A stretch of 64,000 nt of DNA, from NCBI GenBank assembly GCA_965178125.1, contig OZ237737.1:186001-250000 (forward strand), written 5' to 3'. Of the stretch, positions 51,093 to 62,938 are shown piece after piece (the stretch's first letter is position 1; every line of letters begins with the position of its first letter). The stretch is from Bilabrum cf. latius. Lineage: Eukaryota. Both the position numbers and the translations under genes were made by a program. Under the pieces are notes generated by a model. That model ran no database searches. It saw only the letters and a list, made by a program, of their open reading frames with translations, and was not told the DNA's origin.

Positions 51093-54000
51093 TTAACAAC
51101 AAAGGTATGAGCAACAAAACCACGATCTCCAACCACCGTGTGGATGAGTACCACAGCATCCTCGGCTGCTGAGACCCGGCAGGCCCTGCTCTCCCGTGTC
51201 CTGCTTGGAGGCGATTACGTGCAAGCCTCTCCTCAGCGGCGTCACCACGTCCTGCACCTCCTCGGGCACCAGGGTCAGCAGCTCCCGAGCGGACTGCAGG
51301 GACTCTTGCAAGGCACCTGCCTCTGGCCAGTAGTAGATGGCAACTCCTAGAGAGAATGCCGCGGCGAATACCCAAGTGACCACCATGACAACGTGCATGG
51401 TGACGCTCAGCTGCCCCCCGAAGTCGGAGTCCATGCGAGTGAGGGCGAGGGCGTAGGCATCCCGCATGTGAGGCGACTCCAGCCCAGCCATGCGCAAGAT
51501 TCTGTCTCTGTTCTCCTCGGTATCTATGGCCACCTGGGCTCTGGCCGACGCGGAAGGGGGTTGCATCTCGAAGGAAGGCGCGGCTTGCGACTGCAGCTCC
51601 TTGGCAACCGACTGCAAGGCCACCACAGCACTAAGCAGTCCATGAGTTGCCGCCCCGCCCGCCACAATCTTGCATTCCCTCAGCTGCAGGTCGGGGTTGC
51701 TTTCAATGGCTACGGCCAACGAGCTGGCGTTTGTTGCAGCCCTCACAGCAACTGGCACCTCATCTGGTCCTGCATCTGCCACATCAATCCAGTGTCGCGT
51801 CGCGAATTCCTCCTTGAACACTGGATCGCAGGCATCTTTCAGCAGGACCGCGTGGCCGGGCGAGCTGTCGTCCAGTGCGGGCAGCTCGGTCGTCACGTCC
51901 ACCTGATCTGACCTGGTCGTACCCCCGAACTGGATCAGCTCCGACTTGGACGACAGCAGCGCGTCCTGCTGCACCATCCGCTCGTAGGCATCCAGCTGCA
52001 GATCCGAGCCGGCGGGGTAGAGGGCCATGCCCAGCGCGCTCCTGACCATTGCAGTGGCATGCACGGCCGAATGCTCGACGGAGGCGATGCGGTAGGACGC
52101 CATTTCTGCCGAGATGAGTCTAGCTCTGAGGTAAAGCACGTTGAAGAGCAGCAGCCCCAGCACCAGGATGACGGGAGACATAAAAAGTGAAACCTTGTTG
52201 CACACGAAGTTGGAGGACGAGGTGAAGGGTCGAGCGGGCGGCGGGATGGTCGTGTCGCTCGACATCAGCGCGTAGCTGTGGGCCGCAGAGTCTCCGCCCG
52301 CAGGCACCGCAGCGCCATCGTTCAGCTCACCGTGCTTGAGCGATGAGTGCAGCGGCACGACCTTGTTGCCGCGCTTACCGCCCCCAGTGCTCTCCGTGCT
52401 GTGGCGCACCATTTGCTTGGATTCGCCTTTGCCTTCTCCCTGCTTGACCACGCCGGACTCGATGTCAACGTACTGCACGCCGCCCATGGAAGCCATCTGC
52501 CTGGATGCGTCTTTCGTCTACCTCGCCGCGTGCGACCTCACCCTCCTTGCGACTTGCTTCTCCGCCGCTCGAAGCACCGCCCTGTAGGCCTCCTCGCCGT
52601 CCTCCTGCTGCACGAACAGCCGCTTCTCCTCCTCTTCGTCGTTCATGCCACCGCGCCCATCGGCGTCCGCCATTTGCACGGACTAGTCTTCTCTCTCCGC
52701 CACCAGCTGGTCCAGCCCCGTCTGTGCCCTCTCCCTCAGGGCCTTGGCCAGCCTGCGGGGGACGTGCAGCAGCAGCATGGTCACGGCCTGCGTGCGCTCG
52801 GAAATGTCACGCACTGCGGCGTAGAAAATGGGAGTGGCCACAAGCACGCACAGCGCGAATGCCACCGTGCCTGCTATGATGAGCTCTGTCTGCACGACCG
52901 GCATGGCACGCACAAAGTCCTTCTGCCGAATGGCCAGGCTGTGGTTCATGCCGCTCCGAAACGCGTCGTAGTTTGCGTACAGGAAGCGCCAGGCCACCGA
53001 ATCGTGCGAGTTGACCTGCTCCACGGGCAGTTCCGCCAGCCGCTCCATGGCCTGGTGCACCTCCAGGCCGAGATCCACCAGGCTTGTCAGCCGCGCGCTG
53101 GTTCCGTTGGAGGCCAGGTCAGCCGACGGCTGCGTGACGGCAATGTGCCGCATCAGCTCCCAGTCGAATGCCTCCTTGCCCCCGCTCTCCTGCAGCTCGA
53201 ACAAGTGCTCGTGGTGGTGGCGCATGGAAGAACTGTGCGCCGCCATGCGCGCCAGGTCGTGAACTGGGTCCTGAGGGTCTGCCGCGTCCAGCTTGTCGTA
53301 GACCTGGAAGTACCCGTCCACGTCCTGCAGCTGCGTCAGGCTCCCGTTCGACATGTCAACCACACGTCGGGCCTCGCCGTACCTGCCGAGCTCCTCTACG
53401 TACGACATGCCGTACTCGAAGTCCAGCATCCTCCAGCCTGCCTCTGTGAGCGCTTCTGTCAGACCAGAAAGCCGAGAGACAGCGTGCCGGAGCCAGATCA
53501 GCTGCACAGCACCGATGACAATCACCGCCAATACTAAGCCCACCAGCGTGAGTCGGGTACGGGTCACCTCGGGCTCCGTGGTCTTGGCCAGCTGCCTGAT
53601 GCTCTTGCGGACCACGATGTTAGCATGGGAGCCCATGCTTGCCATCGACTGCGCGTCTCCAGATTTCCCCATGCCCGCCATAAGGGACGACCGCGGCTGA
53701 TGCACAGCCTTTGATATGCCCTTTGCGATCGTGTACAAGCCGCCACTGGTTCGTTTCCCGAAAGAACGCCCCGCACCCATGGTCGGACTCTGCATGCTTG
53801 CTCGACGGGACGACGGCGGGCTGCCGCGCACCCTCTCCGTGATCCGCACCCTTGGCTTGCCATGATGGCTTGACCTCCTGTGATGGTGCCCGTGTGAGGG
53901 TCCTTGCAGGCTGTCCTTGCTCGAGAAACGGCTGTGCATCGTGCGCTTGCCGTCCTTCGTCACCACGATCCTTGCCTTGGAGGCGACTGCATCGATCGCA

Positions 54001-57000
54001 ACCTCTGGGACACTCCCTTTGATCTTGTGCCAGGACCTTCTCGCCCTTGCGATCCGGGTGGCGTGCTGGGCATCGGACTCGCTGCTGCTGGCCTCGTCCT
54101 CCTCATCCACGCTGCTGCCGTCGCCGTTGCCACCAGCAGACGCAAGAAGCAGCATACTGGGCGAGTCGTCAGGAGGCGCCTTCGTGCCCTTGACCACCTG
54201 CGGAATGCCAGCTGCCAGCAGCATCTCCTTGTGCCCGTTGTCCAGCCCGGCCGAGTCCTGCTTGGAGGGACCTTCGGAGCCCTGGGAGGACGCCGAGTCC
54301 AACTTGGCTCCACTGGAGAGGTCAGGCTGTCCGCTCGGATTCGAACGCGGTGGTGAAGATTTCTCATCGTCGTCCGTCTACTTGTGCTCTTCCGACTTGC
54401 TGGAACTAGTACCGGCGCCGACTGCGCTTTGTGACACCTTAACTCTATCAACGCTTCTCTGCTACGTCAGCTGGCCAGGACTCGTTAACTCTGCCGACCC
54501 CATCTTGTCTGAGCTTACCAGTTCGTTTGGCTGCGTTTCCAAGACATCGGTGGACAACGACTACTTTCCTTGGCTGTCAATGCCCGTCACAGAGCTGTTG
54601 AGCTGCCCGGCATGCATCTCCCATCTGTGACCGCGAGTCGTGCCTGCGTTTTGCTGAGGGGCATCGGCCAACGCATCGGATCCGTTGTCGGCGTCGCTTC
54701 GTTCTGCAATCTGGACGTGCTTTGCTTCTCCATCTTGACGAGGTTGATTTGGCGCCGCCCCGCTGCTGCGAGGAGACGAGGACGCATGCTAAGGGCGCTT
54801 ATCGACGTCGGCTGCAGCGGCAGCGTTGCGCCCCCTTCGGGTGGCTGAGACTGCGAGCATGCTGTCAGCATCATCATCGTCACCACCGGTGCCATCCTCC
54901 CCAGAATGCATCGTCTCCACATCACCAGATGTCAGGAAGCTGTCTTGGGTGCGACCACGCTCCCGCCTTCCTCCATCTACGTGGTCCGACTTGCGCCCCC
55001 GCCCCCGCCTCCCCTTCTCTCGAATGACCGGGTTGTGGCCAGACGATCCCAGCATGCTGCCGCCGCCGTCCGAGGATGCAGACGACCCAGATTCGGTGTA
55101 TTGCTCATCCAGTCCTCCACTGACCATTTCCTCCTGTCGCTTGTCGGCAAAGCTCCACCGAAGCACGTAAAACTCTCCCGAATTGGCCGGGAGCATGACG
55201 TGCTGCAGGTTGCCCAGCAGAAGCAGGTCACCAAAGGGAGTGCCCACCACTGGCACGAGAGATACCTTGGCTGCTTCTGCATCCAGAAGCGGCTTCACAT
55301 CTGCGACTCTCGCGCCGCGTTTCTTTGGACTAGTTGTGTCACCTGAGGCTGACGCACTGGCTGATCCCGGCTCCTACAAGTTCCTGCTACTGCTCTCCCG
55401 TGCCACACCGTTCATTGACAGCATGGAAGGGCCTCGCATGAGCGCAGCCTAAGCGAGCGTGGTCTGGTTCTGCACGGTCATGGACAGCTGACTGCGGCCG
55501 AGCGACCTGCGCCTAGGACGGGCTAGAGCACCGCGGTGCTCACGGGGGTGGCCTGGCGGGGGTCCAGGGGGCCCAGGTGGGGCCATCAGTGGGGACCGAG
55601 ACCCTGGTGGGCCAGGCACAAGAGAACCGCGACCTGAAGCCAGCAGACCAGTTCGCATGCCATTGTTGCGATCTGTGGACGACAGCAAGTCGCCATCGGA
55701 CACCACCGACTTGCCGTCAAGCGATCTTGGACTTGCATACGATGCAGATCCCACGCTTGAGCGGCGATTGCGCTGAACCTGCAGCGCCTCACGATTGTGT
55801 ACCGCAGCCCTGGAAGCCTCCTGTGCCGAGACTCTCCGAAGCCCGAACTGCTGCTTCATGTCGTGGACGGCAGGTTGTGCCCTGAGCTGCTTGACTTGTT
55901 CGCGATCCAGCTGTATGGTGGCCGAATGGAAGGAGGGCGCGGCGGTGGGGAAATACTGCAGCATCGACACCCGACCATCGCCTATCTGCTCATGGGTGAT
56001 CCCCAAGATGTCAGCAGACCGCTGTGTAGCTGCGTACAGCCTCATGCCGTTATTCGCAGCCGCAAACATGATGTAGTCTTCCTCCGTGATGATCTCTCGC
56101 ATCACAGCGGTGAACCTGGGCTCAAAGGTGCGCTCGTCCGGTGGCGACTCGATGATAGTCTGCCACACGGGGACCAGCGAGCCGTCTTGCCGCTGGTAGA
56201 ACACAGCCCTCTCGCGGTTCAGCACGCGAGTTTTCTGCTTTGGTGCAGCTGCAAATCGATTCAAGTACGAATCGTGCTGCGTTCGAATGGGCTCCGGCAG
56301 CACGCTGTTGATGTTGTGCCCAAGCAGCGCTGACTGCGCGAATCCAAGGATCCTGCATGCAGCCGGTGACGCCGCGACGATCTCTCCGATGGAAGACCCC
56401 TGTCCAGAGATGGCCACCACGGCGCTGCTCTCGTCCATGATCGAGAGCCTGGCTGCCTTGACGTCAGCGATGGCTGCGGCCGACATCCCTATCATGCCGC
56501 GGGCGGCGAGCTCCCTCCGCTTCGCTGCATTGGCACTGGCAGAAGCCATTCCTGCAGCCATGCCTCCAGCTTGGTGTGTTTGATGCTGGCCCTCAGCCTG
56601 ATCGACATCACTCGCTGCATGCTTTGCAGGTTGCAGCAGCGAAACCCCGCTAAGTACTCTGCGCTTGTCGCTGTTGTGCACCTCTTCCAATCGATCTGCC
56701 TTGTTGAGGTACTCTTGTGCCTTGTCTGGGTCCTGACCTAGGTCCATTAGATGCTTCGCGTATGCCCTAAGCGCGCTGGTGCTGTCGCTGTTTAGGTCCA
56801 GCATGGCTCTGTGCAAACGGTCGGCTTGCTTCAACTTGCGCTGCAGCGTCACCCCAATGTTCCACAGTCGATCCAGGTCAGGTGCCACCGCTGCCATGAC
56901 GGACCACAGCCGCGTGAGAAGCCTGAACGACTCCGTCCGGGCCTCCTGGGCCTGGTTGAACATCTGGTCGAAGAGCACCCTGTCGATGGGGGAGGAGCCC

Positions 57001-58855
57001 TCGGAGCCTGTCTCTCGCAGCTGGGTGGACCGGTGATAGATGTGAAATAGCACGTCTAGGGACGGAGACAGGCCCCTGGCGCGGGCAAGGGCCATGGCCT
57101 CGTGGAAGAGCCATGGGCTGTGATCCCTGAACCCGATGGACGCCAGCATGCAGGCCATCTCCGACTGCGGGAACTAGGTGAGGAGGAAGTGCATCCCCCG
57201 GAAAGCCTCTCTGAGCAGCCTGCGCTGCTCCGCAAGACGAACTCTCGATGCGCGGTCCACAGCGGCAGCAACGTTCCCGCCCTGCTGGGCCTGGCCACCC
57301 TGGTTCTGGGACGGCTGTCCCCCCCCTCCACCACCACCACCCCCTCCTCCCTTTGCCTCCTCATCGTCCTCCTCCAGCGCAGCAGCGGCTGCGTACGCTT
57401 GAGCGGTGGTGGCGTCCGCAAGAGACTCCAGTTTGGCCACCTGCCTGAGCCGATGTCGGATCCACGCGTTCACGTCATATACGGAGGAGGAGCCCCCGCT
57501 GAAGTCCTCCAGCCTCATGGACTGCACCGTGAACTGCCGCACGTAGACGAGCGTGCCTCCCGCGGTACCCGCCAGGATTCCACCCAGCAGGAGCAGGGCA
57601 GAGTGATCCTGCACCTCGTTGCTGCCCTGTGCGATGGCGAGACACACACCAAACCAGAGGTATGTCGCCGCAAACCCCGCCATGAGAGAGTTGATTGCTG
57701 GTAGGGGGTGCACCAGCATGGAGGCCTGCAGGTAGTACCACAGGGTGCCGCACCCGATGTGCAGCACCGTCATGTACGTGGTGCCAAGCAGCTGGTCCTG
57801 GAACAGGTTGGAGATGAGGGAGAGAAGCAGCATGATCAGCAGGATGGCCACGTCGAGGCGCCCAGTGGCCTTGGCGGCCCAGCTGGCAGACGTGGGGTCC
57901 TTGTCATGGAACACGCTAGCCACCAGGACGGCGAGCACTGCGATGATACAGTAGAAGCACAAAAGAGAGCGGAACGTTGCGCATCTCTGCATTGCAAGGC
58001 CTTCAGTGGACCGAGAGGCTGGGAACTCTGCCCCTGGCCGGCACGTGCGGAATGCAAGGGGCGGTGGGGTGCAGGCGAATGGAACAGCTGCCCAGTGGGC
58101 TTGCCCGTCCCGTCACCCGAATTGCTACTTCTATGCGTACCTCTACAAACTAAAATATGCGACGGACCACGTATTGCCCGAACCCATGGACGGCTTCGCC
58201 TTGTCTCACCAGTCAGTATCAGCACAAAGACGACAGTAACGACAGCTGTAACAACCCGGGATGGCGAACTGCATCGCACTCCAGCGCTCAACCAATCGTC
58301 TCCTTCGCACGCAAGCCCCCGGAAGAGGAGTCCAGCCAGCGGGAGATACAAAATCGAGGCCGTCAGCGAACCTCCCCACCGGAAACCTCTCAGCAGCAGC
58401 CCATTCTGGGGCCAATCTAGAAGGAACGATGTTGCAATAAAAGCTGCGGCTGCGCAAACACATGCAGTCCACGCTCCCGCCATCGCGAAGAGCACGATAA
58501 AGGCGCCAGTGCCCGAGGTTGCCGACGACGGCGCCAAATACCCGACGCTCCTCCCGAACCCGATGGCCCACGGCGAGTTCGACCATGGCAACGCATCGTT
58601 ATCAGCGACAATAAAACTTGACAGCTGTAGAAATCTAATAGTCTGAATCAGAATGAAAAGGAAGGTCACGTCGGCTTGCTGACGCGTCAACAAAGCAAGC
58701 GTTCCAAACACTGATCGGACCAGCTGCAATCCAACACGGTCTAGGCACGTATTTGCCCGATCCTAATCAAAGAATCCTGATCGTGCAGCGCTCAGCGACT
58801 GCGACATCGCGCCACCAGACAGGGAGTTGCTGCCACCACCGGCAACAGATTCCAT
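51093..58855 (-). CDS. Very large (~2500 aa) multi-pass membrane PAS-domain protein, TmcB/TmcC-like
   Basis: N-terminal multi-TM block, TPR-like region (LRAYAKHL), PAS domain (GEIVAASPAACRILGF....LLGHNINSVLPEPIRTQHDSYLNRF), then repeated TM pairs. About 10 in-frame TAGs, at least one intron (~58209 to ~58000, acceptor uncertain), TAA stop. Confidence 0.75.
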
Positions 58856-59345
58856 CGGCTGTTGGCCTAATTTAGAATGTCGCTCCGTTTCTCCCAGTGA
58901 ACAGTATTTTACAAATGATTCGTGCCTTCACGTATTTAAGCTGGTGTATAAACTCTAAAATCCAATGGAGGTGACCGCAGGTCCGATCCGACGGCCTACG
59001 CAAGTGTTTGTGACTGGTGCTTGATTGGGATCATCGTGATGAACCGCCGGCCGACTTTTGCAGTGATGACGAGTGCGAGATGTGCCACTGCAGCAAAAGC
59101 CTTCCTGAGGTAATGCGAAGCAATGAAGGAGCATCGAAGAGCCATAACTCATCTGCGCACACATCGACGTCTAAGGTAATGGTACAGAATAAAATCTTCG
59201 GCCTTGCAGCCACCCGAGGGTCGGGCACGGCGCGTTTCGCCCCCAACAGGACACGCCTGGCGACTCACGCAGCACCCCGCCATGCCCACGGCGGCAGCAA
59301 CACCCTCACAAACATCACCATTCTCAAGCTGGCCTCCAGCCGCCA

Positions 59346-60451
59346 TCAGCAGCACCCGCCCTTCTTGCCCTCGCCCTCCCCGCCTGCCTTGCCGTCGCTG
59401 GGCCCCCCCACCGTCACCGTCTCACCCCTGGGCAGCTCGGCCTCCTCCCCTTCGTCTCCCGCGTCCGCCTGCTGCTTGTCAAGGATAACCTGAATCTCCT
59501 CGAGGACCTCGGTGAAGGCCTCAGACACGTTTGTTCCCTCCATGGCGCTCGTCTCGATGAAGCCGAGCTGGTTTTCCTCGGCGTATTTCCTCGCTTCCTC
59601 CGTGGAGACCTCGCGCTGGTGATCTGGCTTGTCGCACTTGTTCCCTACCAGCATAACCACAATATTCACATCTGCGTGTTCCTTGAGCTCTGCCAGCCAA
59701 GTGTCGACGCTCTCAAACGTCTTGTAGCTGGACACGTCGTACACAAGCAGCGCACCGACGGCGCTGCGGTAATAAGCGCTTGTGATGGCCCGGTATCTCT
59801 CTTGGCCTGCGAGTGATGTATTAAAAACCGCGGAGGATACGTTAAGATTGGTTCTAGTACTACCGCTGCCGCCTTTCTCCGCTTTCCCAGCACTACGACG
59901 TGCTTTGCACAGGCCACGCAACGAGGCGGTACCAATAACAAAAGGCTGGCCGCAAACAACCGCCAATGCATAAACTGTCCATGCCAGTCTGACCTAAGCA
60001 AACTATGTTTGCAAGTGGCGCCACTCTCATCAAGCTCGCATGGCCCGAAGCATCCAAGCATTCCATCCAAGAGTAGAATCTTACCTGCTGTATCCCAGAT
60101 CTAGGCTTTGATTTTCTTGTCTGACTAAGTAGTGTATGTTTGCGTTGCAAATTCCACCCCGATGGTGGTCTTGCTCTCAATATTGAACTCATTCCTAGTG
60201 AATCGCAACAGCAAGTTCGACTTCCCCACGTGGGTATCCCCGATCAGAACGACTGCAAACAAAATGAGATGAAGATGCAAAGATAAGAGTGAGAGGATCG
60301 ATTGGTCACAGGCTGGAGCAGTGAGGATTCCCAGTGGCCAGCCTATGACCAATCCTCTATAGACAGGCGTCTCCCCAGCAAAAAAAGCCCAATTGAGCTC
60401 ACTTTTGAATAAATAGTCATAGTCCTAGTCTCCACCGGCTGCTCCTGCCAT
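59346..60451 (-). CDS. RAB11: Rab11-family small GTPase
   Basis: Exons 60451-60403, 60252-60085, 59806-59346: [40 protein letters not shown]...IKA[TAG][19 protein letters not shown]...GNKCD...ETSA...GGCC. TAGs at 60425, 60125 and 60101. Confidence 0.96.
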
Positions 60452-60571
60452 CTGAGTCCGTCTATGGAACACAAGCTGGCGCGAAAGGTGAAAAAGCTGC
60501 ACATGATGCGCGGCGCCGCTGCCTTTCGTCATCATCCTCGCCGACGAGCTGGCGCCCACTTGTTTTGCGAC

Positions 60572-62695
60572 ATGGAGCGCCTTGGTATGTATATTAGAGC
60601 ACTGGCTGCACAATTTCAATAGAAGATTGGTCGATCATCGAGTCATCCTCGGACTGCAGCGCACCGACTTTTTCGAGGCCCCGATATTCCGCTTCTTCGA
60701 GGCCCAGTTGTCCAACGGCAACTGCCGGGGTGCGCAGAACGACGCAGCTTGCACTGCTCCGCCACTGGTCTCACTAGTCAATCAAGAGTCACAGAACAAT
60801 CGCCTGCTGCACTGGTGGAGGAGGCAGGCGCGTCGGCTTCCGGGCGTGCCCGAAGACGCCCACGTCCTGACCATGACGAACCCCGCCGTCGTAACCAGGT
60901 TGTACCGCCATTGCAAAGGCCACAGGCCTACTTATCGGATGAGTTAACCGACGCTACTTTGAGTGAGGCCGGCGTTCCGCCGCACATGATAGGCAAACTG
61001 CAGCGTCTCAAGGTGAACTCGGCCACTCGCGTGCAGGCCGAGGCCATCCCCAGGCTGCTCACTCACCCAGACAGGGATTTTGTGATCCACTCGGAGACTG
61101 GCAGCGGGAAAACACTAGCCTATGCGGTCCCTCTGGTTGCCCGAATCGAAACAGCCGCGGTGCGAGCATGCCGCGCGATCGTGGTGGTTCCAACTCGGGA
61201 GCTCGCCAAGCAGGTGTCTGACGTGCTCGAGGAGCTGGTCCGGAGGAAGAACAAGAAGGGCAAGGCCAGCGAGGGGGCGGGCACACCCTCCATATCTGTG
61301 CGAAAGTTCGTCGGGGAAATCACCCAGGTTCGCTTGAATTCCCTCAGCAGGGACCCCCCCCACATCGCGGTGGGGACCCCCCAGACGCTCGCGGCCCTCC
61401 TTCCCGCGGCCCTGCGGCTGGGCATGCTGCAGACCGTGGTGCTGGATGAGGCGGACCAGCTGATGGCCCCTCATTCCCGCAAGGCCACGGAGCACGTGCT
61501 GAAGTGCGCCACCCGGGTGTCGGACCGACCCCAGGTGGTCATGGTGTCGGCCACCTCCAGCCTCGCTCTCAGGAAGGCCAGGGAGACTCTGCTGAGGAAG
61601 GGAAGGCGGGGCGTCACGGAGGAGATCAACATGCTGAGGCACGGGGTGGCCATGCGTGTTCCCTACAGGGCCAGGCACCTCGGCATTCTCGTACCCAAGC
61701 CCACCAGGAGGTAGAGGAAGGGAGGGGCCGGCGGAGAGGAGAGCGGTGTCAGCCCGGAGGCGGTCGCCTTGCGACCGAAACTGCGGGCACTTACCCGGCT
61801 ACTTGCCGCGCACCCTCCTGCAGCCATGCTCGTGTTCTGCTCCACGCAGGCTACGGCAGAGCAGGTGCTCGTGCACTTGGCCTCGAAGCGGGTGAAGTGC
61901 GCTGGCCTGCTGGCCTCGATGAAGAACCGGGAGCGGGCGGCGGCGCTGCGGCGTATGCGGGACGGCAGGGCGCAGGTGCTCGTGGCAACCGAGCACGCCA
62001 GCAGGGGCCTCGACCTCCCGCGACTCTCCCACGTCGTGAACTTCGACCCTCCCAAGACGGCAACCTCCTACGTGCACCGCGCGGGGAGGGTGGGCCGCAT
62101 CGGGAGTCCAGAGGGGCTGGTGGTCTCCTTTGTGGCGGGGGAGCCAGTGCCAGGGAACAGGGGGGCCGAATTGGATGTGATGAGTGCTGCTGACGCTGCC
62201 GCGGCGGGCTTGGGATCGGCAACGACGGTGACCTCGGCCGGTGGGGACGCGTCGGTCGTCGAAGAGGCAGTGGATTCGGGGGACGACATGAAGGCAGGGG
62301 GAGAGGGAGAGGCTGGGCGGAATGTGGGTGGTGATGGCGGTGACGGCAGTGGGAACACTCGCGGGGGGCGGGGTGGCGGGTTGCTGGCAGTCCCCGAGCG
62401 GGGGGTGCAGCTGATGGAGGTGGCGAGGGCAGTGGGTGCGAGGGGGGGCGGGTTGCGGTGGGCGGTGCTTCGAGAGAACTAGCTCGTGTACGGGGACGAC
62501 CGTGTGCTGGAGCCTGAGGAGGCGCTTGGGCTGGTGCTTGGGGACGAGGAGGAGGAAAACACGGACAAAATGGGTGGAGAGGGACAGTCGTGGGGCGATG
62601 CGGGAGGGTCTGCCGCTGCTAGTGTGAGCACAGCCCCTGCCTCGAGCTAGACCGCTGAAGCGAGTTTTGGTGTTGCAGCTATCGTCCGGGGCTGA
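60572..62695 (+). CDS. DEAD-box RNA helicase
   Basis: Q-motif TRVQAEAIP, SETGSGKT, PTRELA, DEAD, SAT, SRGLD, YVHRAGRVGR. The two RecA domains join across TAG 61712; other TAGs at 60620, 62480 and 62648; TGA at 62693. Confidence 0.9.
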
Positions 62696-62938
62696 TTAAG
62701 TATCGAGAGCTCAATGCGGTAGTTGATTGCGTAGTGTGTATGTGTGCATTTGGTCCAAGCCTCGCAGCAGGCGAGTGCGGTATATCAGAATCACCAAATC
62801 ACACGCAACAAATAGCTAAAGCGACAAGCAATCCTTTGCAGCACTTTTCCTGATTGATCGAAGTGGTTCTGTCACTGCGGTTCTTAAAATCAGTGCATTC
62901 ATATTGTTTTCTTCTACTGTTGGCCTTATTGTATTAAA

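Noticed and set aside
60085-60130. TAGs removed by tiny introns or acting as splice acceptors
   Set aside because: Conserved motif spacing is exact with TAG counted as one residue (KA*IWDTAG, RAAA*SG, PG*DLTRV), and there are no suitable GT donors nearby.
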